From assembly GCA_041686075.1 (NCBI GenBank), contig JAWLEO010000013.1:12816-76815 (forward strand): DNA of 64,000 bases, written 5' to 3'. A model generated the notes under the pieces. That model did no database searches. It was not told the origin of the DNA and saw nothing but the letters and a program-made list of their open reading frames with translations. Of this stretch, positions 56,285-64,000 are shown piece by piece. Origin of the DNA: Bacteroidales bacterium. Its GTDB lineage: Bacteria; Bacteroidota; Bacteroidia; Bacteroidales; VadinHA17. The position numbers and the translations under genes were made by a program. Numbering within the stretch: the stretch's first letter is position 1; every line of letters begins with the position of its first letter.

Positions 56285-59200
56285 ATGAGTGAAGCCATTC
56301 TCGATGCCCTGATACAATTGTTTGCATTGATAGTTGATGTCGACGAGGAAAATGTTGTATCGGAAAGGGAAAAGGAGATAATACGCGCCTTCCTGACACA
56401 GCAACTCAACAGCGAACTGGCTCAAAAGTATATGGGTAGATTCGAGGAATACCTGCTTCTCTTCCATAAGGCCGATTTTTACCAGGATGCAAGCAAGAAA
56501 GAAAAACGTAAGAGCCTGGCAGCTAAAAAAATATGTGATATATGTGAAAAAATAAACGAAGAGCTGCAACATAACCAGAAAGTATTTCTTGTCATTCAGC
56601 TGATAGAGTTTATTTCACATGGTGCAGTTGTATCGAAGAAAGAAGCTAACTTCCTGGAAACAGTTGCCCGTACTTTCAATATACCGGATAACGAATACAA
56701 AAATATCTTTAATTTCATAGTCGGTACTATACACGATATTCCCGAACGGGATAAGATACTTGTTGTTAATAACCTGGAAAAGTACAGGTATGATGATGTC
56801 AAACATAAATACGACCCTAACTTTTCGGGTGAGCTGTACTTCCTCAGGATAGAAAGCACCAGGACATATATCCTGCGCTATACGGGATATGCCGATATTT
56901 ACCTTAACAGTCAGAATATTGTAAGCGGCCGGACGTATTCATTTGAGCATGGTTCATCAATACGAAACCCAACCATCAACACTATATTTTTCACCGATGT
57001 TGTAGGAATGTTCTCCGAGATCTTTGCAAAAGAAACAATATCGGTTATGGCTAAAGATGTAACCTTCTGGTTTAAGAATACCCAGAACGGGATACAGAAG
57101 TTCAATATGCATGCTAAATCAGGCACCCTTGTGGCCGTAATGGGTGGCTCAGGGGTAGGTAAGTCAACCCTTATCAATGTGCTTAATGGCAACCTGAGAC
57201 CGGACAGGGGTGAGGTGTTTTTTAACGGCTATAATCTTAATGACCCGGAGGAGAGAAAAAAAATCAAGGGGATAATAGGCCTGGTACCCCAGGAGGACCT
57301 GCTAATAGAGGATCTTACCGTTTACCAGAACCTGTACTATAGTGCAAAGCTATGCCTTGATAATCTCGATGACGAAGAAATTGAAGAAGTCGTTGATAAT
57401 GTACTTGACCAGCTTGATCTGAAAGACATTAAACATCTCAGGGTGGGCAGTCCACTTAAAAAGGTAATAAGCGGGGGGCAGAGGAAAAGACTTAACATTG
57501 CACTGGAGCTGATCAGGGAACCGGCGGTTCTTTTTATCGATGAACCTACCTCCGGGCTTTCTTCCATAGATGCGGAGAATGTTATGAACCTGCTGAAGGA
57601 ACAAACGGATAGTGGTAAGCTGGTTATAGCTAATATACATCAGCCTTCATCCTACCTCTACAAGATGTTTGATGAAATACTTATACTGGACAAGGGGGGC
57701 TACGAGATCTTTTACGGCAATCCCATGGAAGCCGTAGTGTATTTCAAACGGATGAGCAAACACGCAAACCCGGATGAGGATCAATGTGCCTACTGCGGTC
57801 ATGTGAATACCGATCAGATGCTGCAGATTATTGATGCCAAGGTGGTCAATGAACATGGTAAACTTACAAATACCAGGAAGGTCTCACCGGAAGAATGGTC
57901 GAAACTGTTTGATACACATATATGGTCCAGGCAAAAAAGAAGTATTACCGAAAAGGAAACTATACCTCAAAGCAATTTAAGCATACCCAATAAGATTAAG
58001 CAGATGTTCCTCTTTTTTAAGAGGGACCTTGTGTCAAAACTTGCCAATAAGCAATATTTACTGATAAGCCTCCTGGAAGCTCCCCTTCTGGCACTGATAC
58101 TGGGTTATTTTACAAAATATATTGACATTTCATCTGCCACTCCCGGTGAGTATGTTTTCTATTATAATGAAAACCTGCCGGCATACATCTTTATGTGTGT
58201 TATTGTGGCACTCTTCCTGGGGCTGATAGTGAGCTCTGAAGAAATAATAAGAGACCGCAGGATACTTAAAAGGGAGTCCTTTCTTAACCTGAGCCGCGGA
58301 AGTTATCTTAACTCAAAAGTATTACTCTTATTCATACTTTCTGCCATACAAAGCCTGTCATTTGTTTTAATAGGCAACTATATACTTGAGATAAAAGGGA
58401 TGACAGTTAGTTACTGGTTAATTCTATTCTCAACAAGCTGTTTTGCCAATATGCTTGGGCTGAATATTTCCTCAGGCTTTGACAGGGTCATTACGGTGTA
58501 TGTCTTAATACCCTTCCTGTTGATACCCCAGTTGCTCTTCAGCGGTGTAATAGTTAAATTTGATAAACTCCACAGGTACTTCACCAACTTTGATTATGTT
58601 CCTGTAATAGGCGATATTATGACTTCACGCTGGGCTTACGAAGCCCTTGCCGTCCACCAGTTCAAAGACAACAATTACCAGACATTGATATTCGATAATG
58701 AAATGGATCAGAGTCAGAACTACTGGTATTATTCATATCTTGTACCAGAACTAAAAAAGAAAACGCAGCAATGCAGCATTGCCATTGGCAAGGAACAATA
58801 CCGTGATCACTTTGAAAATAACCTTTACAAACTGACAAGATATGTCGGGTTCTTATTGGATAAATCAGGTATAAACAACAATGAATTAATAGAAAAATAC
58901 AATAGGGAGGATTTTGACACCGCAGTCGCCAGTATGACACTGAAACGATTGGAGGATATAGAAGACTATTTCAGGTCGCAGTTCCTGGCGGCCAGGGATG
59001 CATATAATGAAAATGTAGCTTCAATTGAAGATCAATATGGTCATGATTATTTACCCACTCTTAAGGAAAACCATCATAATGAGAACCTGGCAAATTTCTG
59101 TCTAAACCTCAGGAGCGAAGACCGTATAATTGAAACTGAAAAAAAGATAATCCAGAAAGCAGAACCCGTTTACATGATGCCCACATCAAATTATGGAAGG

Positions 59201-59365
59201 GCTCATTTTTACGCTCCATGTAAAATTCTTGGAAATTTGCACATTGACACATACTGGTTTAACGTACTGGCTATATGGCTTTCAACCCTGATATTATATA
59301 TTACTTTATATACTGACCTTCTGAGAAAATCAATAAATTACTTTGGGCGCAGGGAGAAATTATAA
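56285..59365 (+). CDS. ABCG-type (ABC-2) transporter, fused ATPase and permease with a long N-terminal extension
   Basis: 1026 aa with Walker A GGSGVGKST, signature ISGGQRKR, Walker B LFIDEPTSGL and NIHQPS, then six or so TM helices. About 270 residues of helical and beta-rich sequence precede the ATPase. Confidence 0.85.
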   Translation: MSEAILDALIQLFALIVDVDEENVVSEREKEIIRAFLTQQLNSELAQKYMGRFEEYLLLFHKADFYQDASKKEKRKSLAAKKICDICEKINEELQHNQKVFLVIQLIEFISHGAVVSKKEANFLETVARTFNIPDNEYKNIFNFIVGTIHDIPERDKILVVNNLEKYRYDDVKHKYDPNFSGELYFLRIESTRTYILRYTGYADIYLNSQNIVSGRTYSFEHGSSIRNPTINTIFFTDVVGMFSEIFAKETISVMAKDVTFWFKNTQNGIQKFNMHAKSGTLVAVMGGSGVGKSTLINVLNGNLRPDRGEVFFNGYNLNDPEERKKIKGIIGLVPQEDLLIEDLTVYQNLYYSAKLCLDNLDDEEIEEVVDNVLDQLDLKDIKHLRVGSPLKKVISGGQRKRLNIALELIREPAVLFIDEPTSGLSSIDAENVMNLLKEQTDSGKLVIANIHQPSSYLYKMFDEILILDKGGYEIFYGNPMEAVVYFKRMSKHANPDEDQCAYCGHVNTDQMLQIIDAKVVNEHGKLTNTRKVSPEEWSKLFDTHIWSRQKRSITEKETIPQSNLSIPNKIKQMFLFFKRDLVSKLANKQYLLISLLEAPLLALILGYFTKYIDISSATPGEYVFYYNENLPAYIFMCVIVALFLGLIVSSEEIIRDRRILKRESFLNLSRGSYLNSKVLLLFILSAIQSLSFVLIGNYILEIKGMTVSYWLILFSTSCFANMLGLNISSGFDRVITVYVLIPFLLIPQLLFSGVIVKFDKLHRYFTNFDYVPVIGDIMTSRWAYEALAVHQFKDNNYQTLIFDNEMDQSQNYWYYSYLVPELKKKTQQCSIAIGKEQYRDHFENNLYKLTRYVGFLLDKSGINNNELIEKYNREDFDTAVASMTLKRLEDIEDYFRSQFLAARDAYNENVASIEDQYGHDYLPTLKENHHNENLANFCLNLRSEDRIIETEKKIIQKAEPVYMMPTSNYGRAHFYAPCKILGNLHIDTYWFNVLAIWLSTLILYITLYTDLLRKSINYFGRREKL

Positions 59366-59369
59366 GCTT

Positions 59370-59576
59370 TCATTTACCTTTTAACAGTTCCAGAATCCTT
59401 TTCTCATATTTCTCATCCGCTATCAATGCACCCCAGCCCTGCTGACCCGTAAATAATCCATCATAGGCCGAATCGTGATAATTCCTGATTATATGAGGGA
59501 TGCCTTCACTGTCGAGTATTTCCTTGATTCGTTGTGCTTCAAACTGGTTGTCTAGTGTTAATATTCGCTTGCTCAT
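59370..59576 (-). CDS. small DUF2007-like (putative signal-transducing) protein
   Basis: 68 aa with a beta-alpha-beta pattern and the conserved-looking AQRIKEILDSEGIP. The assignment is from memory of this small family. Confidence 0.5.
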   Translation of the reverse strand: MSKRILTLDNQFEAQRIKEILDSEGIPHIIRNYHDSAYDGLFTGQQGWGALIADEKYEKRILELLKGK

Positions 59577-59583
59577 ATTTTTA

Positions 59584-59615
59584 ATGTTTAGATGTTTAGA
59601 GGTTTAGTGGTTTTT
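59584..59615. repeat. octamer tandem array (ATGTTTAG x2, AGGTTTAG, TGGTTTTT)
   Basis: Lies directly upstream of the start codon of the 59370..59576 minus-strand gene. Confidence 0.8.
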
Positions 59616-59760
59616 GAAGTGTTGAACCGGGAGTAGAATGGCAATTAGGTTTTTCATGAGATTTTGATTAACATTATTAAATAAAAACCAGTTGAAGATA
59701 AAGATTAATATTATAAAAATTAGACGGATTATTCAACTAAAGGTTAAAGCGGGCTTAAAC

Positions 59761-61074
59761 ATGCGAAAAAAATTTATTTATCTGATTGGAGTACTGTTAA
59801 TGTTTTCATGCAGCAAAGGGGATAGGACTGAGAATCCTAATGTCATCCTCATTATGGCTGATGACATGGGTTATGAATGTTTGAGCTGCAATGGCAGCCT
59901 GTCATATAGCACTCCCGTGCTCGATGACCTTGCGGCATCGGGGATAAGATTTACCAACTGCTATTCCCAGCCGCTGTGTACGCCATCAAGGGTGAAGATC
60001 ATGACAGGAAAATATAATTACCGGAATTATGAATATTTCGGCTACCTGGATGAGAGTGAATTCACTTTTGGCACCCTTTTTAAAGATGCCGGTTATGCTA
60101 CCTGCATTGCAGGCAAGTGGCAGCTAAACGGGCTTTCATATAAACTCCCGGGTCATGATGATAAAAGCAGACCCCACCTTTTCGGTTTTGATGAGTACTG
60201 CCTGTGGCAGCTTACGGTACCCGGCAATGAGGGAAACCGCTATGCTGATCCTCTTATTGAAAGGAATGGTGAAATGCTGAAACCGGGAATGGATGAATAC
60301 GGCCCTGATATTTTCACTGATTTTATCATCGACTTTATTAACAGGAAAAAAGAACAACCTTTCTTTATTTATTATCCTATGGTATTGGTCCATAATCCCT
60401 TTGTGCCTACTCCTGAATCTGGTGAATGGGATGATCCTGACTTGAGGCTGGAAAAGGATGATGAGTACTTCAGTGACATGGTCAGTTACACGGATAAGCT
60501 CGTTGGAAGGATAAAATCTTCATTAAAAGAGAATGGGATCTTTGAGAATACGATATTGATATTCACAGGGGATAATGGAACCAACAGGAGTATTACCACC
60601 CAAACAAACTATGGGGCAGTAAGAGGTTTCAAGGGGAATACCACTGATGCAGGGACCAGGGTGCCGCTCGTTATAAGCTGGCCCTCAGTGGTGGATGAGT
60701 CTCTGGTATTTGAGGGACTGGTTGATTTTTCTGATTTCATGCCCACTTTTGCCGACCTGGTAAATACTGAAGTTGAAGCTGATGGATTATCATTTTTGCC
60801 ACTTCTCAGGGGAGGAAAATATGCAGGGAAAGAAGCGATATTCATGCATTATGACCCGCGCTGGGGAGCCAATGTAAATAAATACCGCAACCAGTTTGCA
60901 CGAACAAGGGAATACAAGTTATACCAGGATGGCAGATTCTACTACCTGCCTGATGATGTACTCGAGAATAAGCCACTGCCGGATTCACTGCTGACAGATG
61001 AGCAAGAGTCAATAAAGGGGCAACTTCAAGATCTTATTGATAAAGCCCCGGAATGCAAAGAAACCACCAAATAA
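59761..61074 (+). CDS. sulfatase (arylsulfatase A family)
   Basis: The ORF opens at TTG 59692. ATG 59761 gives a lipoprotein signal (LMFSC). It has the formylglycine motif LCTPSRVKIMTG and the metal site MADDMGYE. Confidence 0.9.
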   Translation: MRKKFIYLIGVLLMFSCSKGDRTENPNVILIMADDMGYECLSCNGSLSYSTPVLDDLAASGIRFTNCYSQPLCTPSRVKIMTGKYNYRNYEYFGYLDESEFTFGTLFKDAGYATCIAGKWQLNGLSYKLPGHDDKSRPHLFGFDEYCLWQLTVPGNEGNRYADPLIERNGEMLKPGMDEYGPDIFTDFIIDFINRKKEQPFFIYYPMVLVHNPFVPTPESGEWDDPDLRLEKDDEYFSDMVSYTDKLVGRIKSSLKENGIFENTILIFTGDNGTNRSITTQTNYGAVRGFKGNTTDAGTRVPLVISWPSVVDESLVFEGLVDFSDFMPTFADLVNTEVEADGLSFLPLLRGGKYAGKEAIFMHYDPRWGANVNKYRNQFARTREYKLYQDGRFYYLPDDVLENKPLPDSLLTDEQESIKGQLQDLIDKAPECKETTK

Positions 61075-61112
61075 ATCTTAAATCTTAAATCTTCAATCTT
61101 CAATCTTAAATC
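61074..61112. repeat. heptamer tandem array AATCTTA/AATCTTC x5.5
   Basis: It fills the whole gap between two convergent genes and overlaps both stop codons. Confidence 0.92.
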
Positions 61113-62397
61113 AGAAGCTGGTAAAGTCCCATCTGCCTCTGAAGGCACGGCTTAACTGGTCATTGGCATAATCATCTTCAATAAACCTTTCATGTGCAGG
61201 AGACCATTTAAGTGCCCTTTCCAGGTCGTAGGCTATATTAACTATATTACAGAGGGAAGCTGTACGGTGACCAATCTCAACATCCGAGACGGGCTTTGTC
61301 CTGTTCTTGACAGCATCTATCCAGTCCTGGTAGTGATTATCGCTTTTATAGAGCCTTACATCGCCTGGAGAAGGTTCTTTTTCTGTAAGTCCTTTAATGT
61401 CGGAGCGGTAAAATTCCCTGCTTATCTCTATCTTACCTTCCGATCCAAGGAATTGCACTGCATTGAATTCACCCCAGTCAGTATGATACATCTCCACGCC
61501 GTTATCATAGATCATCTTCATTCCTCGTTTGGCATGCGGACCCGGAGCGATGAATTCAACAGGTCCGGAAATATCCATTCCCAGTGCCCACTGGGCAATA
61601 TCGAACATATGAGCACCCCAGTCGGTTACATATCCACCGCCAAAGCCACGGTACTCTCTCCATAGTGCCCACCTTGTATCTTCAATTGGAGGGGACAGCT
61701 CCGGGTGATAGCTCCTGTACAGTGAGGGCCCCACCCAAAGGTTCCAGTTAAGGTAATCCGGGGTTTCAACAGGAGGCAATTCGCAGGCCCTGTGGGGATC
61801 GCCAACACTTACATTTATTGTCTTGACATCACCTATATATCCGTTCCTTACCATTTCACAGGCATGCCTGAAATTACGCCATGAGCGTTGCATATTTCCT
61901 GTTTGGAAGACCCTGTTGTATTTACGTGTAGCGGAAACCATTGCCCTTCCTTCTGCTACGGTGAGAGCAAGTGGTTTTTCACAATATATATCCTTGCCTG
62001 CCTTAGCAGCATCCACTGCTATCATGGCATGCCAGTGATCAGGAGTTGCAATGACAACAGCATCGATATCATCTCTTTCCAGAAGTTCCCTGTATAATTC
62101 GTAAGTGTCAACTGCCTGTTTCCCGCCACTTAGTTTTTTGGCATTGGCTTTTTCAGCAGCTTCCTTGAAACTGTTCAGTTTTATTTTGTCCACATCACAT
62201 GCTGCAAGCACAATAGTTTCGGGGCAACCGTTGATCGAGCTTAGTAATCCATAGCTCTGTTTGCCAACGCCTATATATCCGAGATTGATTTTATCGTTAG
62301 GCATTATACGTCCACGGCCGGCCACTACATGACTGGGAATAATGGTCAAAGCTCCTGCACCCAGGGCCGCCTTGCCGATGAAGTTTCTCCGGTTCAT
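61111..62397 (-). CDS. Gfo/Idh/MocA family oxidoreductase with a Tat signal
   Basis: 428 aa with MNRRNFIGKAALGAGAL and a Rossmann motif (LGYIGVGKQS). Confidence 0.88.
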   Translation of the reverse strand: MNRRNFIGKAALGAGALTIIPSHVVAGRGRIMPNDKINLGYIGVGKQSYGLLSSINGCPETIVLAACDVDKIKLNSFKEAAEKANAKKLSGGKQAVDTYELYRELLERDDIDAVVIATPDHWHAMIAVDAAKAGKDIYCEKPLALTVAEGRAMVSATRKYNRVFQTGNMQRSWRNFRHACEMVRNGYIGDVKTINVSVGDPHRACELPPVETPDYLNWNLWVGPSLYRSYHPELSPPIEDTRWALWREYRGFGGGYVTDWGAHMFDIAQWALGMDISGPVEFIAPGPHAKRGMKMIYDNGVEMYHTDWGEFNAVQFLGSEGKIEISREFYRSDIKGLTEKEPSPGDVRLYKSDNHYQDWIDAVKNRTKPVSDVEIGHRTASLCNIVNIAYDLERALKWSPAHERFIEDDYANDQLSRAFRGRWDFTSF

Positions 62398-62571
62398 AGT
62401 AATAGTTTTTGGGGTTTACAATATAAATATAAGATATGTGAGGATTAATTCATCATTTATGAGTAAATAAATACCTGCGGAAATCAAATAATGGCTAATC
62501 ATAAAAAGGACAGGATTTTTATTCAAAATTAAATTCCTAAATTCAGGGGTGTAATAAATAACTTATTTGTC

Positions 62572-63972
62572 ATGACTCCTAATTTGCTCCGCTTATTAAG
62601 TTTTTTCCTGTTGACCTTTTCTTGCATTGCTTCTTATGGACAGAGGGCTGAAATAAATAAAGAAGAATTTGTGGCAAGGAGGTATAAACTGATGGAGAAG
62701 GTTGATGCCGACATGATACTTCTATTCGGTAGGCCAAAGTCTGAAGTTGGCACTCCTTTCAGGCAGGATAATGATTTTTATTATTTTACCGGTATAGAAG
62801 AAGCCGGTTCGGCTCTTATTATGCTGCCTGCATCGGGGCGGTCAATATTGCTCCAACCTGTTTTGTCACCCAGGGAGATATATGTTTCAGGATCAAACAC
62901 ACTGTGCAGTGATAAAGAACCTTCAGAGATAGGATTCGATGACGTTGTTCCTGTATCTGACCTGGATGAGTTTATCGTCAGGAATTGCGGGAGCAGCGGA
63001 TCAGATATTTACATCAGGATATCACCACCTGATGTGGTGAATGGCGGAAGATCAGAGATGGATCTTCATTATGCAAGAGCAGCAAGATCACATTATAATG
63101 ACCAGGTTACATTGAATACTTACCGTGTAAACAAATTAAAGCATCGCTATCCCTACATTAATTTTCATGATGTGGCACCCTTTATTGATGAATTGAGAGT
63201 TATCAAAACAGAGTGGGAGAAAGATATTCTCAGGAAAAACGGCAGGGTATCCGCAGAAGGGGTAAAGGCTGCTATCAAAGCTACAGAGCCCGGCGTGTAT
63301 GAATATCAGATAGAGGCAGCAGCTATGAATGTTATACTGTCGCATGGTGCCCTGGGTCCGGCCTATCCCCCGATCGTAGCCAGTGGACCAAACACATGTA
63401 CATTACACTATGAGAAAAGCTCAAGAAAGACAGAGGATGGTGATCTGCTGCTAATAGATTTTGGCGCATGCATGGACTACATTACAATGGATATCTCGAG
63501 AACATGGCCTGTAAATGGTAAGTTTAGCTACGAGCAAAAGAAAGTTTATACCCTCTTACTTGAAATTCAGAAAGCCTGTATCGAATCGTATAGACCAGGT
63601 GTTAAACGGGAAGATGTGATTGAGTATGTGTATGCAAAATTAGGCTCAATGAAGTTTGATCTGACGGGCCTGGAGAATTATATATCACACTCAATGAAAC
63701 CTCCGGTGGAAAATGGGGAACTCAAAATAGAAAATATAATAAGTGGTTTTGGTCATTTTGTTGGCATGGCAGTTCATGATGTAGGCGTTTATGGTGATGA
63801 CGGACTTAAACCAGGTATGGTGTTTGCAATTGAGCCTGGCTTATACAATCCCGATACCGGAATAGGAATAAGGATAGAAGATACAGTGCTGATAACCGAA
63901 GAGGGTTGTGAAGTCTTATCCAGGGCGGTGCCTAAAGAAATTGACGAGATTGAAAAGTTAATGAAAAAATAA
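62572..63972 (+). CDS. M24 family Xaa-Pro aminopeptidase
   Basis: 466 aa with a signal peptide and metal ligands in LLIDFGACMDYITMDISRTWP, GHFVGMAVHD, FAIEPGLY and IRIEDTVLIT. Confidence 0.85.
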   Translation: MTPNLLRLLSFFLLTFSCIASYGQRAEINKEEFVARRYKLMEKVDADMILLFGRPKSEVGTPFRQDNDFYYFTGIEEAGSALIMLPASGRSILLQPVLSPREIYVSGSNTLCSDKEPSEIGFDDVVPVSDLDEFIVRNCGSSGSDIYIRISPPDVVNGGRSEMDLHYARAARSHYNDQVTLNTYRVNKLKHRYPYINFHDVAPFIDELRVIKTEWEKDILRKNGRVSAEGVKAAIKATEPGVYEYQIEAAAMNVILSHGALGPAYPPIVASGPNTCTLHYEKSSRKTEDGDLLLIDFGACMDYITMDISRTWPVNGKFSYEQKKVYTLLLEIQKACIESYRPGVKREDVIEYVYAKLGSMKFDLTGLENYISHSMKPPVENGELKIENIISGFGHFVGMAVHDVGVYGDDGLKPGMVFAIEPGLYNPDTGIGIRIEDTVLITEEGCEVLSRAVPKEIDEIEKLMKK

Positions 63973-64000
63973 GACGCTTTATATCATGGCAAAGAAAAGC

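Noticed and set aside
21791-61112. Tandem short repeats considered as possible CRISPR arrays
   Set aside because: Units are only 6-8 nt, directly abutting with no spacers. There is no 24-48 nt repeat/spacer periodicity and there are no cas genes in the window.

Overview
This is a chromosomal segment from a Bacteroidota-type genome. Supporting signs are a GWxTD protein, a CarboxypepD_reg-type TonB-dependent receptor, a Nudix-type AraR next to araA/araD/araB plus GH127, TAnnTTTG-like promoter boxes, and few Shine-Dalgarno sites. About 50 protein genes are mostly housekeeping or envelope functions: smpB, miaA, recA, clpS, an NfeD/FloA pair, an L-arabinose utilisation cluster, a long Mla/MCE-type lipid transport operon, Hsp20, DegQ, several peptidases, a sulfatase and an ABCG-like transporter. 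There is one tRNA-Pro(UGG).

Five things stand out:
1. An isolated two-gene cassette (24185-27285) pairs a stand-alone PP2C/SpoIIE phosphatase with a 762-aa SMC/OLD-like ABC ATPase. It sits next to a decayed ABC-F gene remnant. This is my best candidate for an undescribed defence or stress module.
2. A genome-specific family of mosaic intergenic repeats is built from phase-locked 6-8 nt tandem arrays and shared GC-rich hairpin modules. They occupy nearly every 3-prime intergenic gap and often touch the stop codons.
3. The tRNA-Pro locus is rearranged on both sides. The 3-prime side has 195-bp tandem units that each carry a tRNA 3-prime fragment. The 5-prime side has a GIY-YIG gene bracketed by 118-bp direct repeats that include the tRNA 5-prime part.
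4. plsY carries an in-frame TGA, and the adjacent polyprenol/DAG-kinase-like gene is split.
5. There are unusual envelope proteins: a doubly anchored 469-aa coiled-coil lipoprotein heading the Mla cluster, and a metallopeptidase/TolB-propeller/Omp85-barrel fusion.

No CRISPR array, rRNA, integrase or transposase was seen. All family calls rest on motif recognition by eye. No searches or computations were run.
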